From the IMG/VR virus record IMGVR_UViG_3300024264_002047: a stretch of DNA of 64,000 nucleotides. One strand, given 5' to 3'. Each line of letters begins with the position of its first letter. The first letter of the stretch is position 1. Positions 54,841-64,000 of the stretch are shown here, one piece after another. The position numbers and the translations under genes were made by a program. The notes beneath the pieces are model-generated. The model was not told where the DNA came from. It did not search any database and saw only the letters and a program-made list of their open reading frames with translations. Source of the DNA: a virus.

Positions 54841-56727
54841 ATGGAAAAGCAACTTTACAACATAGTTATGCTACCGGGTGTTCCTGAATTGGACCTCCTG
54901 GAAAACGAAGCAAGTGGAATGGAGTTAAAAATTAACCCAGATCTATTTGATGGTTTGATAACTATGAAGTTAACTGAGGAAGAAGCAGAAACAATTATAG
55001 CAAGTGGTAAAGTTCAAGAATGTAGAGTAGAGAAAACCCCAATTGATATGGCCTATCCTACAACAACACCAAAATACGAAAGTGGTACAGTAACATATCG
55101 CACAAGATATATTCCAAGTGGTGCACCGTCAACTGTTGGTGCAACATCAACTGGTTTAAATATGTTTTTCACAAGTGAGTTTACGGCTCCTAATGGTACT
55201 CCACCTTTTGGATGGTTCCAAGATCCTGAATACCGTTTTACCGATACAGTGAAACAAAACTTTGCTGGTGATTATGTAGATATTGTTGCGATAGAAGCAG
55301 GTACTCCTAACTCTGCTTATGCCAATCATATTAATCATGTAGACTTTGCAGAATTAAATGATCCAAGCACACCAAGATTTATACCTATGGATTGGTCATC
55401 TGTTTCTTCAAGTTTAAACGATAATAGAAACAATCAAATCACAAATCCTAATGACAAGTTTTCTTCTCATGCAATTGGTGTACTTAGTGCAGCAGGTGGT
55501 AAATTTTGTAGTTGGGGTAAGAATTCTTCATTAAGAGTTATTTACTTATCAGATGGAGTTACCGCTGCATATTATGGCGCGCTTCAATGGCATATTTCAA
55601 AACCTGTAAATCCTGCGACTGGTGTTCGTAATGCAACTGTCGTAACAGGAGCATGGGGATATAATAGCAACCACCAAAGAATGTATCGTTGTGATCATAT
55701 TCAAGCATTAGATGTATTTAATCCTGACACTGGAATAAACACAGTTATTAATAGACCTGTAGGAAATTCTTGGGGTACTGACTTAACACCATTTACTGAT
55801 AATATGTTTATTCCAAGAGTTGTTCAAGATCCTACAGATGGACAGGACTATTGGTGTATTTCAGTTAATGAAGAAACAAGACAATCTTTCTATGATACGA
55901 TCATGTCACAGTTTAATAACTATAATGGAATTTATCATTTCAAGTCTGCAGGTAATGATACTGGCATCGCGGTAGATCCTGAAGATGCAAGATGGAATAA
56001 TAAAATCATTGTTGGTGTTGGAGCGAATGGTATTTTAAATACAACAGACAGTGAAGGAAGAATTCAGCTTACCTCTATTACAAGTAGTAATGCTTTATCT
56101 TTTTATCCTTTACGAACTGAAATTGAAGGTGGTGCAAATCAGTTTACAATTGCTGCTTGTCAACAAGATGATGTAAACAGATTAATGGATGATTACAGTA
56201 CAAGAGGACCGATGATTGATTTTGCTGCTTATGGTGCATATACTTGGACAAGCAGTGGTTCAGGAACTACTTATGCGGATGGCAAATGGGGATACTTTAG
56301 TGGAACAAGTTGTGCTGCTCCTGTCGCCGCGTCTTGTGCAACAGTATTCTTAGATTGGTATTTTACTCAAAGAGGAGTATATCCAAGCATAGCAGAATTA
56401 AAAGCGTTAATGAAAAAACATGCTAAAGCAAATTTAATTGGAGAAGATCTATTTGACTTTTCTAATACTGTAACAGCAGGCAATTATGGTTCAGCGAAAT
56501 TATATAACGCTAACGAAGTAAATAGACTTAAAGATAATAATTATATAAATGGTGGAGCGGAATTGACTGAACTATGTGGAACTCCTCCATTAAGAGTACA
56601 TATACCTTGGGGTATAAGAATGGGAAGCGGAAGATACATCGCAGGCGGATCAGAGCAAACGGCTGAAGGTAGAAGACCTATTTCTGGGAGAGCATGGCCT
56701 CGACCAAAGGTTTCTTTCAGTTCCTAG
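54841..56727 (+). CDS. Subtilisin-like (S8) protease
   Basis: SHAIGV, SAGND, YSTRG, FSGTSCAAP. Confidence 0.8.
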   Translation: MEKQLYNIVMLPGVPELDLLENEASGMELKINPDLFDGLITMKLTEEEAETIIASGKVQECRVEKTPIDMAYPTTTPKYESGTVTYRTRYIPSGAPSTVGATSTGLNMFFTSEFTAPNGTPPFGWFQDPEYRFTDTVKQNFAGDYVDIVAIEAGTPNSAYANHINHVDFAELNDPSTPRFIPMDWSSVSSSLNDNRNNQITNPNDKFSSHAIGVLSAAGGKFCSWGKNSSLRVIYLSDGVTAAYYGALQWHISKPVNPATGVRNATVVTGAWGYNSNHQRMYRCDHIQALDVFNPDTGINTVINRPVGNSWGTDLTPFTDNMFIPRVVQDPTDGQDYWCISVNEETRQSFYDTIMSQFNNYNGIYHFKSAGNDTGIAVDPEDARWNNKIIVGVGANGILNTTDSEGRIQLTSITSSNALSFYPLRTEIEGGANQFTIAACQQDDVNRLMDDYSTRGPMIDFAAYGAYTWTSSGSGTTYADGKWGYFSGTSCAAPVAASCATVFLDWYFTQRGVYPSIAELKALMKKHAKANLIGEDLFDFSNTVTAGNYGSAKLYNANEVNRLKDNNYINGGAELTELCGTPPLRVHIPWGIRMGSGRYIAGGSEQTAEGRRPISGRAWPRPKVSFSS

Positions 56728-56772
56728 GATGTTCGTAATAAATAAACTAAAATATAGAGTGATACTGAAACA

Positions 56773-58737
56773 ATGCCAGAAATCTTAAGTAACAATTTTA
56801 ATCAAGATATAAACAAGTTATTCATTGCTGATGCAAAAGCGAATGATGACTATTACATGTTTGTGTCCAGTATTGGTGGTATAACTCCAGCAGATTCAGC
56901 TTCTTCACAAAATGAGTTTTTAGAAAAGACTTTATTTGCGAAAAGAATTGCTGAAAAAGATATCAACTTCATGGTAAAATACTACCCTTGGCAAAGAGGT
57001 GTGGTTTATGAAGAATACGACGATATAACTGATTTAGACTCAATCAAGTTTTACGCAGTTGTCGGTCCTAATGATAATGATACTGGTGATTATAGAATCT
57101 ATAAATGTTTAAACAATAATGAACGTGCTGATGCCAGTTCTCCACCTACATTTGACTCTGCTAATTTAAATCAAATTTACGAAACTGCAGACGGCTATGT
57201 TTGGAAGTATATGTATCGTCTCACTACATTACAATTCGAGGCCTATAATGCTTTAGGTTATATTCCAATTGATCCTGCTGCAACTATTGAACCAGCCGCG
57301 GTTTACGGTGGTGGTATTTCAGAGATACAAGTTACGAATGCAGATTCAAACCAAGGATACATTGAAAAGAATGGTGTAATTGAAATTGCTTACGGAAGAA
57401 CAGGTGGTTATAATGTTCACGGTCTTGTTGGATTACAGATAGATCCTAGAGAACAAGATTGGAGTAACATTGATAATTACTATGTAGGTCAATTCCTATA
57501 TGTAACAAATCAAAGCTCAAGTGTTACGAATCTATTTAAAATAGAATATTATAAAGCAAACACATCAACAGGTAAGGTTGAAATACGAGTTAATGGTGAA
57601 ATAGCAAATCCAACTCGTGGTTCTGTAGAAGGTGCAACGGCAGCAAGCCCAGTTGTTATAACAGCGACTGATCATGGATTGGTTGACGGACAACCTATTA
57701 CTTTCAATAATGTTGGCGGTATGACAGAATTAAATGTTGATCGTTCAACCGGTACTCCTATTTTTTATGTTGATTCTTTAACTGCAGATACGTTCGCATT
57801 AAGATCAACTCCAAACTTATCAACTCCTCTTAACGGTGGAGCGTTTACGGCTTATACCTCAGGCGGTACATGGGAAGCTGTAACTGATTTCTTTGTATGT
57901 GGTGCAAAGGCTAATGCAAACTGTAAAGTATTCCCAAGAGTAGAAGTATTAGGTGACGGTGTTGGAGCAGTAGCAATTCCTGAACTTGACAACGGCACGA
58001 TAAATAAAGTTATCCTATTGAATAAAGGCTCAGGATATAATACAGCAATTGCTAATGTAATAGATCCTGCAGTTGACTTTATACCAGAGAACGATACTTC
58101 AACTGATGTAAGAGCAACAATACGACCAGTGATTGAACCTAAAGGTGGTCACGGTTATAATTTAATTGATGAATTAAGATGTAAACATTTATCAATGTAC
58201 GGTTATATTACTGCAGAAGATAACACAAGGATTGGATTTACAAATACTTATGGATGTATTGGTATCGTAAAGAGTCCTACCTTTAGAACAGTAACATCAG
58301 GAACATGGAGAAGTGGTCAAGCAAACACGGCCGCTGATCCTAACATTTTTGATAATAGAATCGCAATTACAACAGATGACTATGCAAAATTAACTGCCAA
58401 TAGTGTAATCTCGCAAGTTGATGTAAATAACGATGTTATATTTACAGCGCAAGTACATGAGATTGATTCTACATCAAATACAATATTTTTAGCAGAATAT
58501 ATGGGACCATATAGAAATAATGAGTTAGTTGGTAACGGGGATACATCATTTAACCCAGAACTAGCAATAACCTCAAATACTGGTCAGAGAATAACAATAA
58601 ATAATCCTATAGAAGATAATGTAGTTTATTCAGATTATATTCAAAGAACGGGCGAGGTTTATTTCATGGAAGATTTCTTCCCATTGTCAAGAACTGACCT
58701 CTCAAGAGAAGAATTTAAATTTGTACTGGAATTTTAA
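56773..58737 (+). CDS. 8: Baseplate wedge gp8
   Basis: YKCLNN, T.DGYVWKYMY, P.GGHG, E.FKFVLEF. Confidence 0.88.
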   Translation: MPEILSNNFNQDINKLFIADAKANDDYYMFVSSIGGITPADSASSQNEFLEKTLFAKRIAEKDINFMVKYYPWQRGVVYEEYDDITDLDSIKFYAVVGPNDNDTGDYRIYKCLNNNERADASSPPTFDSANLNQIYETADGYVWKYMYRLTTLQFEAYNALGYIPIDPAATIEPAAVYGGGISEIQVTNADSNQGYIEKNGVIEIAYGRTGGYNVHGLVGLQIDPREQDWSNIDNYYVGQFLYVTNQSSSVTNLFKIEYYKANTSTGKVEIRVNGEIANPTRGSVEGATAASPVVITATDHGLVDGQPITFNNVGGMTELNVDRSTGTPIFYVDSLTADTFALRSTPNLSTPLNGGAFTAYTSGGTWEAVTDFFVCGAKANANCKVFPRVEVLGDGVGAVAIPELDNGTINKVILLNKGSGYNTAIANVIDPAVDFIPENDTSTDVRATIRPVIEPKGGHGYNLIDELRCKHLSMYGYITAEDNTRIGFTNTYGCIGIVKSPTFRTVTSGTWRSGQANTAADPNIFDNRIAITTDDYAKLTANSVISQVDVNNDVIFTAQVHEIDSTSNTIFLAEYMGPYRNNELVGNGDTSFNPELAITSNTGQRITINNPIEDNVVYSDYIQRTGEVYFMEDFFPLSRTDLSREEFKFVLEF

Positions 58738-58752
58738 GGAACGTAAGTAAAG

Positions 58753-61700
58753 ATGCCTATTAATAAAAATTTAAACCAAGCACCATACTTCGATGACTAT
58801 GATGCCGAGAAGCAGTTCTATCGAGTTATGTTCAAGCCTGGCTATGCAATACAGGCAAGGGAACTTACACAACTCCAGACAATGCTTCAGAATCAGGTCG
58901 AGTCGTTTGGTGATAACGTATTTAAAGAAGGATCGGTTGTAAAGGGTTGTAACTTTACAGAACTTGATGATCTTCAATTTGTAAAACTAAATGACGTTTC
59001 AGCCAGCTTTAACGCAGAAGCATATATTAGTGGACCTGCAGTTGAAACAATATTAGGTCAAGAAGTTGAAGTCGATTATGTTTACGAAATCCGTGGTCAA
59101 GCAACAGGTCTTAAAGCAGAAATTGTTCAAGCATCAAAAGGCTTTCAAACAAGACCACCAAATCTAAATACATTCTTTATTAACTATTTAAATATTGGTG
59201 TTCTAGGTCAGACTCAATTCCAGGCTGGTGAAGCATTAGTATTAACAAGATATAAGTTCTTACGTGGAACAACTACCGAAGCATTAACGACCAATACTGT
59301 TATAAGTCAAGGTCTTGAAGTTTATGGCGGTGGTGCAACTCCTGCAGTCGGTAAAGCATTCGGTATCGAAGCTGCTCCTGGTATTATATTTCAGAAAGGC
59401 CACTTTATATTTACAGCAGAGCAAAGATTAGTTGTTGAAAAATATAGTAACACTCCTGATGACAAATCAGTAGGTTATTTAGTTGAAGAAAAATTCACAA
59501 GTGCAATACAAGATGCAAGCTTATACGATAACGCAAACGGTGCTAAAAACGAAAACGCACCTGGTGCAGACAGATTAAATCTTGTTCCTACGTTAACAGT
59601 ATTAACAACATCAGAAGGAACGGCAAACCCAGACTTCTTTACATTGATTCGTTATCAAAATGGTAATCCAATTACTATTCGTGATGTATCGCAATATAAT
59701 GTATTAGGCGAGGAAATGGCTCGACGTACTTACGAAGAGTCTGGTAACTATATCTTAGAGAACTTCCCATTAAGTACAGATGACCGTGCTGGTGAAGTAC
59801 AACTTGTCGTAGGTAATGGTACTGCCTATGTAAAAGGTTATAGAATAGAAAATTCTGGTGAGCGTTCATTCCAAATAGATCAAATAGCATCAACCGAAAC
59901 AATTGAAGCGCAAAACGTTGGAATGGAATACGGAAACTATTTTGAAATAGATCAGTCATCTGCAAGTCGTGGTTATATTGATCTTAATCTTCAAGTTAAA
60001 TCAGATATTCAAACAGCATCAAGTCAATCTGCAGGTTCTGTAGCAGTACATAATATAACACCATCGAGAGTTTATATTCATCACGCTGCTTTCACTGGTG
60101 CTCAACCACTTTCAAGTGTTACTAAATTAAACGATGCAAGTAATGGTAGCGGTGACTTACCTCTTAAGGTAACTGGATTTGGCGCTCCTATTATTAAAGA
60201 AACAAACCGAAAGGCTTTAATCTTTGATACAGGTGTTGATGGTTTATTCGCAACTACAAATACATACATTCCTGTAAGAACGCAAGTAACAGGAACTGCT
60301 ACATCTGGTACTATTACTATTACAGCAAATCCTGGTGAAGATTTTAATTGCATAAACGATATTTCAGAGATCTTAGTTAATCAGGCTGGTGTTCAACACC
60401 CAGTGATTAGTAAAACTGTTCAATTAAATAATTCACAACTTAATATTGTTTGTGATTCAGCTTTAAATGGATCAGTAGAAATATTCTTTAATAAAAGGCT
60501 TGTAGGTTCCTCAGGTGGAATTGATCCTTTTAATAAAACAGTTACACTGCCATGTATTAAATCAAATTATACAACATCAGTAAGCAAATACAGTTTAGGT
60601 TTCCCTGATGTATTTGGAATCGTTTCTATTATTACTGAAGGAACGGGCCCTGGTGGAATTAATGAAGATTGGACAAACAGTTTCCGATTAAAAACAAATC
60701 AAAAAGATACGATGTATGATATATCTTATATAGAATATATTGAAGGTCGACCTAAGCCTGCTAATGGCATTCTTGTTACAACAATGAAGGCATTTAAATT
60801 ATCGGCTTCAACAGGAAACTATTTCTTTACAATTAACAGTTATCCGAATACGTTAGAAAGATATGAGATTCCTTCTTATACATCTGAGTCAGGTCAAGTT
60901 TATAACTTAAGAGATTGTTTCGATTTCAGACCTCATGTAGATAAGATCTCAAATGCAAACTATACAGCAACGATACCTGCACAGGCTCCAACGATTACAA
61001 CGACAGTAGGAACGCAACCAATAACATTTGCGACTGCTCCTAATCCGTTAATACCTGCTGCACAGCAATCATTACAAACAGATCTTGAACATTACCTATC
61101 AAGAATTGATACAATTGCTTGTGATTCTTATGGTGATATTATTTTAATAAAAGGTGAAGAGCAAAAGAACGCAATTCCACCTAAACTTGAAACAGATCAA
61201 TTAGCAATCGCAAACGTTGAGATTCCAACGTTCCCTGCATTGTCCAAGAAACAATCTGATATTTTAAATAAGTCTGCGTATTCTATTAAGCCAAGAGCAA
61301 CTGGTATTAAGAATTACACAATGAAAGATATGCATCAATTAGAAAAGAAAATTGATAACATGGCATATTATATTTCATTAAATCAATTAGAATCAGAAAC
61401 ATCGAATATGGTTATTCGTGATGAGAACGGTTTAAATAGATTTAAGAATGGCTTTGTTGTAGATCCTTTTAACAACCTGGAGTTATCAGAAGTACAACAT
61501 CCACAATTTAATGCTGCTGTACCATTTAATAAAAAGATATTAACTCCTTCGTTGAAAACGTTTGCGTTAGATCTTAAATATGATTCAGCAACAGGTTCTT
61601 CAGTATTCCCATCTACCGCTGATGCTAAAGTAGCAACAATTGGAAGAAATAGTAATGTTGATATTATTAATCAGCCTTATGCTTCAAACTTTAGAAACTG

Positions 61701-64000
61701 TGTAAGTAACTTTTATAAGTATGTGGGTGATGGAGTTATATCTCCACCTTACGATGCTGCTTATGATACAACAGTTAATCCTGCTTCTATTGATATTGAT
61801 TTAACAACTCCTTTCCAAGAATTTGTTGATAGTATTCAATCGTTCTTACCAATGACGGATGTATCAACTGCTCGAAACTTTGTCCGTGACGGAGGCCGAA
61901 GAGGAAGACGTGGTGCAGGCGTTGAAACAATGACAACTACAACAAGAACAAGTGAAATTGTAATTGATGATTCAAATGTTACAGAAAACTTTGTTGGTGA
62001 ATTTGTTTCTGACTTTAGATTCCAACCTTATATGGCATCGAGAGATATTAAAATTTATATGTCAGGATTAAGACCTAATCAAAGACATTACTTCTTCTTT
62101 GATGGTGTTGATGTAAACGCACATATATTAAATGGTTCTAATACGGCTAACTCGGTTGGTGAAGTAGCAAGAATGGGAGTGAAAGGCGCTTCTGTAGAAA
62201 CAGATGCAAACGGTGTATTAAGAGCTGTATTCCACTTACCTGCTGAAACATTCTATGTAGGTGATAGAGTATTAGAAATCGTTGACGTAAGTCAATATGC
62301 AAGTATTGATTCTGCTTCAACTTCAAAAGGATTCGTTACTTATCGAGCATATAACTTCAGTGTTGAGAAAACAAGTTTAACAACTTCAACAAGATCTCCA
62401 AACTTCGATGTAAATACTACAGTAACAACAAGAAACGTTGCTCGACGTATTCGAGGTAGAGATCCACTTGCACAAACATTCTTTATTAAGAAAGGTATGG
62501 GTGCAGGTTCTAATTCAGTTTACTTATCTGATATTGATGTATTCTTTAAACGTAAACCAGTAAACAGTGGCGGTGGTGCTAGTGCAACGGCTGCTCTGAA
62601 TGGTGTTACAGTTCAAATAAGAGAAGTTGTAAACGGTTATCCAACGAATCAAATATTGCCTTTCTCTGCGGTTCATAAGTTGCCTGCTAATGTAAATGTA
62701 TCTGATGATGCATCTTTGGCAACAACATTTACCTTTGAAGCACCAGTACGATTAGACACAGAAAAAGAATATTCAGTTGTCATTCAGCCTGATGCATCAG
62801 ATCCTAATTACCTTGTATTTACTTCTAAGGTTGGTGGAATTGATTTAACACCAGGGGCAACAAAAGGTTCTGCTATTACTCAGGATTGGGGTGACGGTGT
62901 TCTATTTACTTCAACAAATAACTCTGCTTGGAAATCATATCAAGACGAAGATATTAAATTTACTTTAAGAAGACATAACTTTAATTCTTCAACTGGTACT
63001 GTTAGGTTAACAAATAACAATCATGAGTTCTTAACTCTCAATAATGTTACAGGCAAGTTTACTCCAGGTGAATTAATTTATCAGGAAATTACTTTAACTG
63101 ATCCTGCTCAGAATATTGCTGCAGTTTCCGCTAAACTTATTACAGGCGGAACAGGCCTAACAGATAATTATGCGGTTGGTGATTTTATAAAACTTACCTC
63201 AACACTATCAGGTAATGCTATTGAAATACATAAGATTGCCGCGGTAACAAATGCAAGTGAAATGGTATTGGAATCACCAGCAGGTTTCACTAGTTCACTT
63301 ACACACAGTCCTGTCGTTGTTGGTGAATTGGATATGTATGATGTAAGTAGAGATCCATATGAATGTCATCTGGTTAACTCTTCAGCAACAAGTGTAAAAA
63401 CATTTGCGGTAGGTACATTGATTAAAGGATTGGATAGTACAAGTACTTCTAATGTTGCTTCTATTAATAATATCAATTTAAGTTATATTCAACCGATGAT
63501 TATGAAAGCAAATGATTCATCGTCAAGAACAAGATTATCAGGTACGTTTGTTCCACCGGCTGATTTAAATGCTACTTACTTGAAGCCAATGCAATTTAAT
63601 GACAATAACCACTTTACAGAAAAAGGTGTTGTTCTTTATAGTAAATCCAATGATCCAAATGGAGCAAAATCATTTAAGTTAAATGTTACTCTTGAGAATG
63701 ACAGTAATGTTACCTCTACTCCGTTTGTTGATATTGAATCTTCTAAACTTATTGCATATCAATATAAGATTACTAACGTTGCAGATACTACTTGTAAGTA
63801 TATCAGTAAGAGAATTGAATTGGCAGAAGATCTTGATGCAGAAGATTTTGAATTAACACTTTCTGCTTATCGTCCTGCTGATACTAATATTAAAGTTTAT
63901 ATTAAAGCGCAAAATGGATACGACTTTGACGAATTCGATAATTTAGCATGGACTGAATTAGAATTATTCGAAGGTTTGGGTTCATTCTCTACTGCTGTTA
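58753..64000 (+). CDS. Large virion structural protein (DUF4815/VrlC-like), runs off window end
   Basis: Hand translation MPINKNLNQAPYFDDY...FKPGYAIQARELTQLQ; later APGADR, RTYEESG, RFKNGF.VD.F, DPLAQTF; absent from the ORF track because no stop occurs in the window. Confidence 0.85.
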   Translation, partial: MPINKNLNQAPYFDDYDAEKQFYRVMFKPGYAIQARELTQLQTMLQNQVESFGDNVFKEGSVVKGCNFTELDDLQFVKLNDVSASFNAEAYISGPAVETILGQEVEVDYVYEIRGQATGLKAEIVQASKGFQTRPPNLNTFFINYLNIGVLGQTQFQAGEALVLTRYKFLRGTTTEALTTNTVISQGLEVYGGGATPAVGKAFGIEAAPGIIFQKGHFIFTAEQRLVVEKYSNTPDDKSVGYLVEEKFTSAIQDASLYDNANGAKNENAPGADRLNLVPTLTVLTTSEGTANPDFFTLIRYQNGNPITIRDVSQYNVLGEEMARRTYEESGNYILENFPLSTDDRAGEVQLVVGNGTAYVKGYRIENSGERSFQIDQIASTETIEAQNVGMEYGNYFEIDQSSASRGYIDLNLQVKSDIQTASSQSAGSVAVHNITPSRVYIHHAAFTGAQPLSSVTKLNDASNGSGDLPLKVTGFGAPIIKETNRKALIFDTGVDGLFATTNTYIPVRTQVTGTATSGTITITANPGEDFNCINDISEILVNQAGVQHPVISKTVQLNNSQLNIVCDSALNGSVEIFFNKRLVGSSGGIDPFNKTVTLPCIKSNYTTSVSKYSLGFPDVFGIVSIITEGTGPGGINEDWTNSFRLKTNQKDTMYDISYIEYIEGRPKPANGILVTTMKAFKLSASTGNYFFTINSYPNTLERYEIPSYTSESGQVYNLRDCFDFRPHVDKISNANYTATIPAQAPTITTTVGTQPITFATAPNPLIPAAQQSLQTDLEHYLSRIDTIACDSYGDIILIKGEEQKNAIPPKLETDQLAIANVEIPTFPALSKKQSDILNKSAYSIKPRATGIKNYTMKDMHQLEKKIDNMAYYISLNQLESETSNMVIRDENGLNRFKNGFVVDPFNNLELSEVQHPQFNAAVPFNKKILTPSLKTFALDLKYDSATGSSVFPSTADAKVATIGRNSNVDIINQPYASNFRNCVSNFYKYVGDGVISPPYDAAYDTTVNPASIDIDLTTPFQEFVDSIQSFLPMTDVSTARNFVRDGGRRGRRGAGVETMTTTTRTSEIVIDDSNVTENFVGEFVSDFRFQPYMASRDIKIYMSGLRPNQRHYFFFDGVDVNAHILNGSNTANSVGEVARMGVKGASVETDANGVLRAVFHLPAETFYVGDRVLEIVDVSQYASIDSASTSKGFVTYRAYNFSVEKTSLTTSTRSPNFDVNTTVTTRNVARRIRGRDPLAQTFFIKKGMGAGSNSVYLSDIDVFFKRKPVNSGGGASATAALNGVTVQIREVVNGYPTNQILPFSAVHKLPANVNVSDDASLATTFTFEAPVRLDTEKEYSVVIQPDASDPNYLVFTSKVGGIDLTPGATKGSAITQDWGDGVLFTSTNNSAWKSYQDEDIKFTLRRHNFNSSTGTVRLTNNNHEFLTLNNVTGKFTPGELIYQEITLTDPAQNIAAVSAKLITGGTGLTDNYAVGDFIKLTSTLSGNAIEIHKIAAVTNASEMVLESPAGFTSSLTHSPVVVGELDMYDVSRDPYECHLVNSSATSVKTFAVGTLIKGLDSTSTSNVASINNINLSYIQPMIMKANDSSSRTRLSGTFVPPADLNATYLKPMQFNDNNHFTEKGVVLYSKSNDPNGAKSFKLNVTLENDSNVTSTPFVDIESSKLIAYQYKITNVADTTCKYISKRIELAEDLDAEDFELTLSAYRPADTNIKVYIKAQNGYDFDEFDNLAWTELELFEGLGSFSTAV

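Overview
AT-rich 64 kb segment of a T4-like myovirus, probably infecting an aquatic heterotrophic bacterium (host is inferred). Layout: (i) 1-3.9 kb, minus-strand accessory genes including a HAD-type phosphomannomutase and tRNA-Arg(TCT). (ii) 4.1-35.9 kb, plus-strand replication/recombination/transcription block: topoisomerase 39+60/52, FkbM-like methyltransferases, gp3, uvsY, uvsW, gp55, peptide deformylase, gp47/46, gp43, gp45/44/62, regA, dUTPase, tRNA-Thr(TGT), hsp20 and peroxiredoxin, driven by about 15 near-perfect sigma70 promoters. (iii) 36-64 kb, tail/baseplate genes. The main candidate new system is a cytosine-hypermodification cluster at about 20.9-30.8 kb: a dCMP hydroxymethylase-like enzyme, a HAD-kinase fusion, a TagD-like cytidylyltransferase, GT-A and GT-B glycosyltransferases, and a C5-methyltransferase homologue with intact catalytic motifs but altered SAM-binding motifs. 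The GT-B and the MTase homologue end in the same sliding-clamp-type peptide as the DNA polymerase. Other highlights are a lambda G/T-like -1 slippery site joining gp26 to gp51, a ROSE-like thermometer before hsp20, a perfect antisense promoter into uvsW, a split gp53, and baseplate/fibre proteins carrying esterase, subtilase, M15 peptidase and cupredoxin domains. All assignments come from motif recognition by eye; no searches were run.
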